From a virus, in IMG/VR virus record IMGVR_UViG_3300033144_006256, positions 20,645-84,644 of that record: a stretch of DNA of 64,000 bases, one strand, 5' to 3'. A program made the position numbers and the translations under genes. A model generated the notes under the pieces. That model was not told the DNA's origin. It searched no databases and saw nothing but the letters and a program-made list of their open reading frames with translations. Numbering within the stretch: the first letter of the stretch is position 1; every line of letters begins with the position of its first letter. This document shows positions 28,553 through 38,662 of this stretch, piece by piece.

Positions 28553-29205
28553 AGTATTATTTAAGGTTTTGTTATTAGTTTTATACTTCCGATACAAACT
28601 TCGCTACGCTCGTTGCTTTTGTATAAAACACCCTTCGCTACGCTACGGGGTTTTCTATCAAAAGCGGTTTTCTTTTTTCTATAATCTTTTCTAAACTTTT
28701 TCTTTATTGTTTATATTTATCTGCTTAGTGTTGGCATAGTTATCCCATAGCGATATTTAAAAAAATATAACCTTATAATGCCTTCTGTGGAGTTTTTCTA
28801 AAGACTAAGTTACTATCCTTAAACAAATGTTACAAAAAAAATGTAAATTTGGCGGCCTCTTTTCCTATATTACCATTGGATAGCATCCCATTTCGGAAAG
28901 GTCGTGCTTTTGCACACATAGAGTATTGATTTTGCTGATGCAACTATCACGCTTTAGAATTAAGGAGGAGTGGTTACCTTCAAGTATGCTCTCCCCACAG
29001 GATTAACAAACTATATCATATGTAGTAGGGTGATTAGATAAAAGCACATAAGCACACTTACTTTATCTTATTCGTTCCCTACATTTTACAAGCAAAAAAC
29101 ACCCAATAAAGGGTGTCTGATGCAATGAGATATAATATTTTACCAATTTCTTGGCATACAAATTTGTCGATAAAATTGTAATTTATATTATATTCCATTA
29201 ACCAT
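28553..29205 (-). ncRNA. Large non-coding structured element, copy B (homolog of 4914-5620)
   Basis: Same ordered motifs as copy A, on the minus strand. Confidence 0.6.
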
Positions 29206-29234
29206 ATTATAATTTACTTTTAAAAAATTGTCAA
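29206..29234 (-). promoter_or_regulatory. Consensus sigma70 promoter of element B, abutting the terL ATG
   Basis: TTGACA-N17-TATAAT on the minus strand. Confidence 0.85.
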
Positions 29235-30704
29235 ATGGATAAACAAGAATTAGAAAATATAGCAGAGTCACAATTAAATTTTAGTGAATTTATTAAAAGA
29301 ATATTCTCTAAAAGTTTTGATAAATTTATCGGTGGGCAATACCCAACAGATGTTGCTAATTTTATGCAATATTATCACGATAAAGGGAAAAATACGATTA
29401 GAATATCAGCAAGGTTGCACGGAAAATCAACTTTTATTTATGCATATATAATGTGGCTAATATTCAGAATGGATAAAGATTTATCCATTATTTATTTTTC
29501 ATATAGCGGGAAAATGTCCGCATACCATATAACTAAGATAAAAAAACTAATACAGAACAATCCATACTTTAATGAACTTATTGATTTAAAACCAACAGCA
29601 GAAACACTAATGGCATATAGGTGGAAGAACAGCAAACACGAAGTAACAGTTAACCCACAAGGGCTATTAGGGTTTAAGCGAGGTTTACACAGCTCAGTAG
29701 TTATTATAGATGACCCATATTCTATTGACAAAGAAATTGTAAATGAAGTAGTAAACTTTTCAAATGTTGCCAAAATAAATAATATTATTAAAGCACAGGT
29801 GTTAGATATACCATATGTTGATGGCGGTGAAATACATATAGTTGGCACGCCATTTTCAAATGATGATGTGTTTTTTGATAAAGAATTAAGAAAGATGTTT
29901 GCATTCTGGCAAGCCCCAGCGATTAAAGATGAAAAGAATAAAATAGCATTATGGCCTGAATATATGGATTGGGATGAATTAATGAAAAGGAAAGTAACCA
30001 GAAGTAATTTTTTTGCCCGTGAATATCTTTGCCAGCCGATAATTGCAAGCGAAGGGTATCTTACAAAAGAACAAGTATTAAGTGTAGTTGACGATAGCTT
30101 AACAAATAACGATATTTATGATATAATGACAACGCCTGCAAATACAATAGCAGGATTTGATATAGGAAAGAAGCTACACCCATCAGCAATAACTGTCCTT
30201 AGATGGGATGGGACAGCTTATAAAGAGATATACAATAGATTTTTAGATAATTGGGATTATACAAATGGCGGAGAATTTGACCCTGATAATCCAACACAAT
30301 TAGAATTATTAAAACTTGTAGTAAAGAATTTAAAAGTTGATATTTTATACTTTGATAATACTCGTGGGGAATTTGAAGCGTTTATAGAAACACAGAGCTT
30401 GCCACAACAGGCAATCCCAGTAGTATTTTCTTTAAAAGAAAAAACAGCTATGGCAATGCATCTTAGCAATGCCATAACTGAAAAACTAATTTTAATACAA
30501 AACAAACAGAGATCTATCAACAGTTTATTATCTGTTATGAAAGATTTACAATCAATAGAAACACCAGAAGGTCACGGGGATATGTTTTGGGCAATGGCAT
30601 TGGCTGCAAAAGCCCTTTATGAAATACACCCAAGAGAAGGTGGGGCAAAAGTATCCACAGGTTCACCATCAATAGTAGATGGCGAAATACCGAAAGGATA
30701 CTAA
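29235..30704 (+). CDS. terL: Terminase large subunit
   Basis: Walker A variant ARLHGKST, Walker B VIIDD, VGTP, nuclease motifs GFDIG and HGDMFWAMALA. Confidence 0.9.
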   Translation: MDKQELENIAESQLNFSEFIKRIFSKSFDKFIGGQYPTDVANFMQYYHDKGKNTIRISARLHGKSTFIYAYIMWLIFRMDKDLSIIYFSYSGKMSAYHITKIKKLIQNNPYFNELIDLKPTAETLMAYRWKNSKHEVTVNPQGLLGFKRGLHSSVVIIDDPYSIDKEIVNEVVNFSNVAKINNIIKAQVLDIPYVDGGEIHIVGTPFSNDDVFFDKELRKMFAFWQAPAIKDEKNKIALWPEYMDWDELMKRKVTRSNFFAREYLCQPIIASEGYLTKEQVLSVVDDSLTNNDIYDIMTTPANTIAGFDIGKKLHPSAITVLRWDGTAYKEIYNRFLDNWDYTNGGEFDPDNPTQLELLKLVVKNLKVDILYFDNTRGEFEAFIETQSLPQQAIPVVFSLKEKTAMAMHLSNAITEKLILIQNKQRSINSLLSVMKDLQSIETPEGHGDMFWAMALAAKALYEIHPREGGAKVSTGSPSIVDGEIPKGY

Positions 30705-30719
30705 TATTAAGAATATACA

Positions 30720-32561
30720 ATGAAAATTTTTGGCTTTGAAATAAATAGAAAAGAAAAAAAAGAAGATGCTAATTATAATATAGCAAGAATAATGCGTGAA
30801 ATTGGCGTACCTCGTGATGCTGTTATTGGTGAATATAAAACAGAAGAAAACCCTGATGAATTGAATATTGATACATATATAAGAATGCAACAAAACGATG
30901 GCACAGTTCAAGCTATTATAAGAATGTTGTCTCTGCCTATACAATCCGCAGAACCTTTTATCATAGGTGCAGAAAATGATAATGGGGAGGCGGATTTTAT
31001 TCGTACTGTTTTATTTGGCTCAGAATTTGAAGGTGGGATGTCAACACCAATGGCATTAGTTATATCAGATATGACAAGAGCAATAGCAGAAGGGTTTAGA
31101 GCATATAATAAAGTCCCGCAAGTTATAACACAAGGGGATTATAAAGGGAAAATAGGTTGGCGTAAAATAGCCCCACGAGATGCACAAACGATTAAGATAA
31201 AGGTAGATAAACACGGAGGATTTGATGGGTTACACCAAATAGCAACATTAGGTGATCAAACAATAGATAAAAATATTCCAAAAGATTATGCTTTACTATA
31301 TACATTTCAAAAAGAAAAACACGGGTTGTATGGTGAATCAATATTAAAATCCGCTTTTTACCATTATGATAAAAAGCATAAACTTTACTACATAGCTTGT
31401 AAAAAGGCAGAAGTAGAAACGATGGGGATACGAACAGTTGAACTCCCACAAGCACCAAATCCATCAGATAGAACTGCGATAGAAAAAGCAGTTGATAATA
31501 TAGGGATTAATACAAGAATATCTGTCCCACATAATTATAAATTTGATGTTAAATTTCCTTCTAATGGTGGTTCAGATTTTATAATGAAGAATATAGAACA
31601 CCACGATTTAGAAATGGCAAAATCTGCTTTATGCGGTATGCTTGAACTAAATTCGGGAGGTAGTTATGCACTATCAAAAGATAAAAGTAATTGGTTAGTA
31701 TTAGCAATAAATGGGATTATGAAGGGAATGGAAGCAACAATAAATTCTTATGTAATAGCTCCATTGATAAATTATAACTATGGGACATATAATTATCCTA
31801 AATTTAAATTCCCTGCGATAACAACAGAAGCGGAAGATTTACTTACAGAAGTTTCTAAAAGTATATTTAGTAAAGCTGAAATGTTGCCAACAGAAGTATT
31901 TAATGATGTTGTTAATAGAGCAGTAGAAAAAATGGGGATTAAAAAAGAACCACAAGATGCTACAAAAGAATTAAAGAAAATAGAAAAAGAAAGTGATGAA
32001 AAAGAAAAAATAGATAACCTTGTCGAAAAGGCGAAGACAGAAGTTAAATTAGAAGAACCAGAGTGTCCATTCTGGCGTGAAAAAAACAAATATGAACAAT
32101 CAGTATCATTTGAAGATATAGAAGAAAGAATGGATTTACAGAGTGTTGATTTAGAAGAAAAACTATTGCCTATATTTAAAAAGCAAAGAGCTCAGTTAAA
32201 AGTAGCAATTAAAAAAGCAATTAGAAATAATGATATTAAAAGTATCAAGAAATTAAAATTAATTAAACAAGATAAAATGCAAGAAATACTTTTAGAAGAA
32301 ATGAATGATACATTTGAGTTTTCTAAAAGGAAAGCAGCAGATGATGATAAGAACCAATCGCCAAAAACATCTAAAGCGACAGAAAAAATACTAAAAGCTA
32401 AAGCTAAAGAATATGCTGATATGCACGAAGATAGTGTAAAGGAAAGTACCATTAAATATCTTGAAGAAGCATTAAAAGATAAAAATCTTAAACTTGAAGA
32501 ACAAAAGGAAGAAGATTGGAATGATACATTAGAAGAAATAATAGAGAAAGTAAATGGATAA
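30720..32561 (+). CDS. Portal protein (DUF935/Mu gp29-like) with long C-terminal extension
   Basis: Follows terL; YGESIL..A, GSYALS, ..PLI.YN; about 180 extra helical residues. Confidence 0.85.
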   Translation: MKIFGFEINRKEKKEDANYNIARIMREIGVPRDAVIGEYKTEENPDELNIDTYIRMQQNDGTVQAIIRMLSLPIQSAEPFIIGAENDNGEADFIRTVLFGSEFEGGMSTPMALVISDMTRAIAEGFRAYNKVPQVITQGDYKGKIGWRKIAPRDAQTIKIKVDKHGGFDGLHQIATLGDQTIDKNIPKDYALLYTFQKEKHGLYGESILKSAFYHYDKKHKLYYIACKKAEVETMGIRTVELPQAPNPSDRTAIEKAVDNIGINTRISVPHNYKFDVKFPSNGGSDFIMKNIEHHDLEMAKSALCGMLELNSGGSYALSKDKSNWLVLAINGIMKGMEATINSYVIAPLINYNYGTYNYPKFKFPAITTEAEDLLTEVSKSIFSKAEMLPTEVFNDVVNRAVEKMGIKKEPQDATKELKKIEKESDEKEKIDNLVEKAKTEVKLEEPECPFWREKNKYEQSVSFEDIEERMDLQSVDLEEKLLPIFKKQRAQLKVAIKKAIRNNDIKSIKKLKLIKQDKMQEILLEEMNDTFEFSKRKAADDDKNQSPKTSKATEKILKAKAKEYADMHEDSVKESTIKYLEEALKDKNLKLEEQKEEDWNDTLEEIIEKVNG

Positions 32562-33726
32562 TGGAAAGTTTATTAAAAAAATATCTTTAATATGTGAGAA
32601 AGAAGGAATATATAACTCCGAACTTATACAATTAAAAAAAGAAAATTTAACAAAAGATGAATTTATATCAGGCATAACAAATCTTATAGAAGAAAAAAGA
32701 AAACAACGGATAATAGAACTCAAAGAAGCAAAAAAAAATGAAACACAGGAAAATATAATATCTATAACAGGTTATATAAAAAATATAAATGAAAAGTTAT
32801 TTAAAAAATTTATAAATGAAAAACCAAACTGGTATAAAGAACCAGTAGCAAAAGTAGAAGTGACTAATCTCAATACACCAAGAGAAGAAATAAAGGTTTC
32901 TAACTTCCCTAAGCAGATAGAATTTCCAGAAGAAATAAAAGTCTCTAACTTTCCAGAACAACAAAAGCCATTAAAGAAAATTGAAATAACTAATTTCCCA
33001 GATTACCCAGAGCCATTAAAAGAAATAGAAGTAAAGAATTTTCCAAAACAGATTGATATTAAAAAACCAGATTGGTATAAAGAACCGAAAGATAAAGTAG
33101 AAATAACTAATTTCCCAGAACAGAAAGAATTTCCAAAAGAAATAAAAGTTACAAATCCTCAAGAAAATGTTATAATAAAGAATGATATAACAGTTAAAGA
33201 GCCAAACTGGATAGCAAAATTACTTCCAGATAATAATATTGTTAAAAAGATATCAGATAGTGTAAGTAAGATATTAGATAAAGTTACAAGCACATCAGTT
33301 GGCAGAATAATTAAAAATAAGTTTATAGTTAAAACAGAAAAAGAAAATCCTTTAAATGTTGTGCTAGTAGATCCAGTTACTAAACAACCAACAGAATTAA
33401 ATGTTAGGGTAGCAGGAGGCGGTGGAGGTTATCAAGATACGATAGGGATAAAAAATGCTAGTGAAGAAACTATTAACCCAGCGACAGAAGAAAAGCAAGA
33501 TAATACTATAACTGCGATAGAAGATGTAGAAACATCTGCTGACGAAACTACAACGGCAGTAAGCTCATTAGAAACAGCATTAACAGAAGGTGATGGACTT
33601 AGAAGAAATATAGAACAAGGGGAAACATTAGAACTTATATTAATAGAACTTAAAAAAATAAATAAACATTTTGAAACTATCACTGATGAAGAAATAAACA
33701 GTGATGATATAAACCTAGAAAGTTAA
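32554..33726 (+). CDS. Repeat-containing putative virion protein
   Basis: About six (E/K)I(K/E)(V/I)xNFP repeats and KPxWYKEP repeats; GGGGG linker. Confidence 0.6.
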   Translation: MDNGKFIKKISLICEKEGIYNSELIQLKKENLTKDEFISGITNLIEEKRKQRIIELKEAKKNETQENIISITGYIKNINEKLFKKFINEKPNWYKEPVAKVEVTNLNTPREEIKVSNFPKQIEFPEEIKVSNFPEQQKPLKKIEITNFPDYPEPLKEIEVKNFPKQIDIKKPDWYKEPKDKVEITNFPEQKEFPKEIKVTNPQENVIIKNDITVKEPNWIAKLLPDNNIVKKISDSVSKILDKVTSTSVGRIIKNKFIVKTEKENPLNVVLVDPVTKQPTELNVRVAGGGGGYQDTIGIKNASEETINPATEEKQDNTITAIEDVETSADETTTAVSSLETALTEGDGLRRNIEQGETLELILIELKKINKHFETITDEEINSDDINLES

Positions 33727-33731
33727 AAATT

Positions 33732-34280
33732 ATGAAAATACAAGATGGCACAGGTAGTGGTAATATGCAGAAAATTAATAATGAAAACCAAGCACATACA
33801 TTATCAATAAGTATGCCTGTACAGCACCACGTAAATCACGATCACAAAAAAGTATATTCTGTATTAATAAATAAAACACCAACTGCTGCAGGAGATTGTT
33901 TTTGTTATATTAAAAATACAGATGATGATGATTTGATAATTACAGATACGAAATTTTTTGCTGCGACAGATGAAATTATACAAATTAAACTGTCTGATAT
34001 AGGGACGCCTATAGGCGGAACAGATGTAACCCCAGTTAATAAAAACGCAGGCAGTGGAGAAGAAGCATCTGGGATATTCCAAACAGGCGTTGATATAACA
34101 GGGTTATCTGGTGGAGCAACAGTAGATGAATTCCAAGTTGATGGTGGAACAGGTACAAACTATAATAGATGGTTATCTGGGCTTATTATACCTAAGAATA
34201 AAATAGCCACATTTTATGTAGTAACAGGAGGAATAGCAATAAGGGGTTCTATCACGTTTTATATCCACGAATCATTATAA
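33732..34280 (+). CDS. Beta-rich putative virion protein
   Basis: Gly/Thr-rich, inside the head module. Confidence 0.5.
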   Translation: MKIQDGTGSGNMQKINNENQAHTLSISMPVQHHVNHDHKKVYSVLINKTPTAAGDCFCYIKNTDDDDLIITDTKFFAATDEIIQIKLSDIGTPIGGTDVTPVNKNAGSGEEASGIFQTGVDITGLSGGATVDEFQVDGGTGTNYNRWLSGLIIPKNKIATFYVVTGGIAIRGSITFYIHESL

Positions 34281-34283
34281 AAT

Positions 34284-35393
34284 ATGGCTATAAGGAACAC
34301 TATAATTGATCCTGAAACTGGACGTGAAGCATCAGTAGTTGATGGGGCAGAAGTAAATGCTCTAGCTGTAGCAACACGTCCGCTTAAAACTTTTGAAAAT
34401 AAAGATATATATTTTCAAAATGAAACATACGGTGCAGAAATGAACCAAAATGTAGCGACTGGCGGTACTCCTATACATATACACGATGGTACGGATAATA
34501 TATATTGGACAGCATCAGCAATATCTGGGAATTGGGTATTTGATAGTACAGATCAGAATCATACTCCTGCTGGTTCAAAAAGTATTGATGCAACAGGGAC
34601 AACAAATAATAGCATAGCACAAATAGCAAAAGGTAGCTCACAAGATTTAACTGGATATGTTTCAATAACTGGTTGGATATATATCTCTAGTTGGTCGGCA
34701 GCTGGCACGAAACACATTGAATTATATGGGTGGGACACTGGGACAGGACTAATTGTAGGTAATTCTGTTAATATAGATGATTATATAAATACAGGGCAAA
34801 TAGGAAGCTGGCAGAAATTTACAATTAATCTTAAAGATTTTGGGATAAAAAATAAAACTATAGATTCTATAAGAATACAAACTACAACAACTGCGGTAGC
34901 ACCTAATTATTATTTAGATGATATACAGATAGAAGAAACAGGAGCCCCATTAGAATATAATATACAGCCAGAAACAGATACTTGGTTACATATACACGAA
35001 ATAAGTATGGTATTAGCAGATGCTTATACAGGGACGATAACAGGGCTTGATGATGGGACAGAAAATACAACAATGCAAGCATTATCATATAACAAGATAT
35101 TGGGCGTTAGCGAATTAGATAGCGGGATTATTTATAAACATACTGCTAATGGTAATACAAAGTTTTCTTATAATATGAAGAGTCTAGCAGATATACTTGA
35201 TAACACTTGTTCAAGGATAATAACGTCTGGGTCTGATAGAATAAATACTTTTATAAAAATATGTTTTGTATATACTGAACCAATAATTCTTAAATGGGAA
35301 GAAATGGATAAATTATCATTTACTATTTCAGATGATTTAAGTGGGTTATTAAGGTTTAGAATTAAAGCAGGGTGTAAAGAGGAAAAAAGATGA
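34284..35393 (+). CDS. Putative virion protein with carbohydrate-binding-like jelly roll
   Basis: G.KSI, ITGWIY, WQKFTI.L..F, YYLDDIQI patterns resemble CBM-like folds. Confidence 0.45.
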   Translation: MAIRNTIIDPETGREASVVDGAEVNALAVATRPLKTFENKDIYFQNETYGAEMNQNVATGGTPIHIHDGTDNIYWTASAISGNWVFDSTDQNHTPAGSKSIDATGTTNNSIAQIAKGSSQDLTGYVSITGWIYISSWSAAGTKHIELYGWDTGTGLIVGNSVNIDDYINTGQIGSWQKFTINLKDFGIKNKTIDSIRIQTTTTAVAPNYYLDDIQIEETGAPLEYNIQPETDTWLHIHEISMVLADAYTGTITGLDDGTENTTMQALSYNKILGVSELDSGIIYKHTANGNTKFSYNMKSLADILDNTCSRIITSGSDRINTFIKICFVYTEPIILKWEEMDKLSFTISDDLSGLLRFRIKAGCKEEKR

Positions 35394-35977
35394 ATTTAGA
35401 AGAAAAAAAGAAAAAAGAAGAAGAAATAATTGAAGAAGAATTTGATTTAGACGAATTTACAGAAGAAGTTGTTAAAAAGAATAAACCATTGTCAGATGGT
35501 GTATTAGCTGGATTAGCGGCAACAACTATTACATATGCAGTCAATACTGGACGGAATGAATATTTTGAAAGTGTTAAAAAAGATACTTATGCTTATGAAT
35601 TTTCGGCGTTATTAGATAGCAAAACTTGTAATCGTTGTTTATCACTGGACGGCAGGGTAATAGAAGCTAATGATTCTGCATATCAAGAACAAATGCCTAG
35701 TTTGCATATTTTCTGCCGCTGCCTATGGATAAGAATAGATAAAAGCGAAGATGATTTACCAAAGATAACAGGTATCCCAGAAAACATACCAACTGAATTT
35801 AATGAAATACCAAAATACCCGACACTTAGGAAGGATCAGAAAGAAGCAAGGATTGAAGTAGAAAAAAGAATTAAACGATTAGAAAAAAAAGTTAAAAAAT
35901 ATGAAACATCAGAAACATATCCGAACAGGGTTAAGAGTTTAAGCAAAACTATAAGCGGATTAAAGAGGGCATTATAA
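35390..35977 (+). CDS. MuF/SPP1 gp7-like minor head protein domain
   Basis: A.LD..TC..C..LDG and P.LH..CRC. Confidence 0.85.
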   Translation: MNLEEKKKKEEEIIEEEFDLDEFTEEVVKKNKPLSDGVLAGLAATTITYAVNTGRNEYFESVKKDTYAYEFSALLDSKTCNRCLSLDGRVIEANDSAYQEQMPSLHIFCRCLWIRIDKSEDDLPKITGIPENIPTEFNEIPKYPTLRKDQKEARIEVEKRIKRLEKKVKKYETSETYPNRVKSLSKTISGLKRAL

Positions 35978-36125
35978 TGGGAACTAAAATATACAAAGGG
36001 GAAACAATTAGTTGTCTGTATTGCGGAGAAAAGAATATAAAAGGAAGAGATTACTGTTGGAAGTGCTTCAAACCACTTCGTCCGATTAACAAACCAATAA
36101 CATAATATACAAAAATTGTTATATG

Positions 36126-36134
36126 TGGTATAAT
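36126..36134 (+). promoter_or_regulatory. Extended -10 promoter for the head genes
   Basis: TGgTATAAT just upstream of 36145. Confidence 0.5.
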
Positions 36135-36144
36135 ACAAATAAAT

Positions 36145-36618
36145 ATGGAAAAAATACAATTATTATTAAATATAAAAAAAGATATTCAGCTTGAAGAAGC
36201 TGAAAAAGGTGATTGGATAGTTGAAGGATATGCAACTACACTTGGAAGAAATTCACATAGAATGCGAATGACAGAAGAAGCATTAAGACAAGTAGCTGAA
36301 AACTTTAAAACATATACAACTGTTTTATTTAATCACGATAGCAATGCATTAATTGGAAAAATACTTGATGCAACAGCAGACGGGGATGGTGTTTGGGTAA
36401 AAGTAAGAATATCAAAAAGCGAACCTGATTATTGGGCAAAAATTCAAGATGGAACATTAAACAAATTTTCTATACAATATGAAGCTAAAACAAGGAGAAT
36501 ATTTGTAGATGGTGAATTTATAGATGAAATAATAGAAGCATTTGCTGTTGAAGCAAGTTTGGTATCAATCCCAGCACAAAATAAGGCAGAGGCAATATTA
36601 AGCTATGTAGTAACATAG
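36145..36618 (+). CDS. HK97-family prohead protease
   Basis: VEGYA, VLFNHD...IGK, KFSI, EASLVSIPA. Confidence 0.85.
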   Translation: MEKIQLLLNIKKDIQLEEAEKGDWIVEGYATTLGRNSHRMRMTEEALRQVAENFKTYTTVLFNHDSNALIGKILDATADGDGVWVKVRISKSEPDYWAKIQDGTLNKFSIQYEAKTRRIFVDGEFIDEIIEAFAVEASLVSIPAQNKAEAILSYVVT

Positions 36619-36798
36619 AATTTAAAGAATAAAATTATGGACGAAATAGTTTCAAAAACCAAGAAATTATTTCTTCGTGATAATAGTATAAAGAGCAGCG
36701 GTACTGCTCTACGTGGAGAGACAATAAGACCATTTATGGGTAACTGTAATAAGGCAATCTCAGTGAAGCGTTGATATCTTATTAGAAAGGATAATACC

Positions 36799-38589
36799 GT
36801 GGACGAAATAAAAGCGTTAATAACAATATTAGAAAGTGCATTAAAAAGTGAAAACAAAGAAGCGATAAAAGAAAGTATTGATAAAGTTATTGCTAAACTT
36901 AAAGGAACAACTGATAAAACAAAAGAAAATGGGTTAAAAGATAGTGTAATCCCATATAAACAAACTCCCTTAGCAGAAGAAAAAGAAAAATGGGATGCTG
37001 GTGCAGAAGTTAAAAAGGCAACAGGCGATGCAGAAAAACTTTATACAATGCACGCTTATGTTGATAGAAGCGATGATAATTTTGATGATACAGAAAGTAA
37101 ATGGTATAAATTGCCGCATCACAAAGGCGATGGCGACCAGCAGTTAGTTTGGAAAGGATTATCAGCAGCAGTAGCGGCAATGCGTGGTGCTCGTGGTGGC
37201 GTTGATGTCCCAAAAGAAGAACGAACAGGTATAATGGCACATTTAAGAAAACACTATGCAGAATTTGATAAACCATTCCCAGAAGAAGATAGTGACATTC
37301 CTATTTTGGGGTTATCTGAAGATAAAAAAACTATTTATAGGATCGATACAGATAGTAAATCAACTGTTGACGGGAATCTTGTAAGGGCTCAAGTATTAAA
37401 AATTAAAAAGTTAATACATAGGGATGCAAAAGGCGGAGTATTAAATGTTACTAAAGAAAGCATTAAAAAAATAATCAAGAATTTTAAAGATGGCATTATA
37501 GATAATGTTTATGTCCCGCTTGGGCATACAAATGATGTTAAAAAAAATACTGGGAAAGTTGTTGATTTAATACCAACAGAAGATGGGATGGATGCAATTA
37601 TAGATGTGCGTGATAAAGGAATAATAAAAAAGTTGAAAGATAAATTGATTGAAAAAGTTTCTGCTTCAATAGATGAAAATTATCTTAATAAAGAAACAGG
37701 CAAATTTGTTGGTCCCGTATTAAGGCATATAGCATTAGTATCAGAACCGTATATAAAAGGGATGAATAAAGATGGTCTTGTTTTTTTAGAAGAAGATGAA
37801 GAAAAAAATGTTGTAGTATTAGTAGAAGAAACAACAATAGAAGAAGATTTAACAACAATTAAAGATACAATTAACTTTGCGATTGAAAGGATTGCGAAGA
37901 AACTAGTAAAGGATAAAAAAATGTATACAAATGAAACTAAAAATACATCTGATGAGGTTAAGAAAGAAGATGAAGTTATAGAAGAAAAATCAGATGAAAT
38001 TAAAGATGAAAAAACTACAGAGGATGAAAAATCTGATGAAACTCCCAAGGAAAAAACTAAGGAAGATGAAAAATCTGATAAAAAATCAGATGAAAAATCT
38101 ACCGAAGATGAAACTAAGGAAGAAAAATCAGAGGATACTTCAACGGATAGCGAATCGAAAGATGAAACTACTGAAGAAGAATCAGAGTCTGTAGACAACA
38201 GCGAGAAAGATGAAGAAATCAACCTCGCAGAAGCTGAAAAAGAATATAATGAATTCTTAATAGCTGGTAAAGTACTGCCAGTTCAAAAAGATGCCGTTAT
38301 AGCATTGTTAGCTTCTAAAGGAACGATTAACTTATCAGAAAGTGAAAAATCAGTTTCTGAACTAGTTAGAAGTTTACTAGAAAAGCAAAAATCTTTGGAT
38401 TTTGAAGAAAAAGGTGCTGAAAATACTGATAAAGTAGAAACGAAGAGTGAAGATGCAGAAGCGATAAAAGATGAAAAAATCGGTTTTTTAAAGCAAAAAA
38501 TGGGTTATTCAGAGGAAGAAGCCCAAGTTGCCTTTGAAGAATATTCAAAGATAAATGAGGCAAAAGGCGGGATGGAAACAACAGGATAA
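36799..38589 (+). CDS. Mu I-like protease/scaffold protein
   Basis: N-domain YKLPHH; PLGH, VSASI, GPVLRHIALVSEPYIKGM; acidic linker; scaffold C-terminus. Confidence 0.75.
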   Translation: MDEIKALITILESALKSENKEAIKESIDKVIAKLKGTTDKTKENGLKDSVIPYKQTPLAEEKEKWDAGAEVKKATGDAEKLYTMHAYVDRSDDNFDDTESKWYKLPHHKGDGDQQLVWKGLSAAVAAMRGARGGVDVPKEERTGIMAHLRKHYAEFDKPFPEEDSDIPILGLSEDKKTIYRIDTDSKSTVDGNLVRAQVLKIKKLIHRDAKGGVLNVTKESIKKIIKNFKDGIIDNVYVPLGHTNDVKKNTGKVVDLIPTEDGMDAIIDVRDKGIIKKLKDKLIEKVSASIDENYLNKETGKFVGPVLRHIALVSEPYIKGMNKDGLVFLEEDEEKNVVVLVEETTIEEDLTTIKDTINFAIERIAKKLVKDKKMYTNETKNTSDEVKKEDEVIEEKSDEIKDEKTTEDEKSDETPKEKTKEDEKSDKKSDEKSTEDETKEEKSEDTSTDSESKDETTEEESESVDNSEKDEEINLAEAEKEYNEFLIAGKVLPVQKDAVIALLASKGTINLSESEKSVSELVRSLLEKQKSLDFEEKGAENTDKVETKSEDAEAIKDEKIGFLKQKMGYSEEEAQVAFEEYSKINEAKGGMETTG

Positions 38590-38662
38590 AGCGAATTTAG
38601 TTCGTTCCAATTACTATACTGTTTGGTCGGCAGAATAGATTTAACAATACGAGACAAAAACT

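Noticed and set aside
37680-38222. Ser-rich minus-strand ORF and the many other antisense ORFs in the track
   Set aside because: They are shadows of E/K-rich plus-strand genes, with no RBS or domain motifs.
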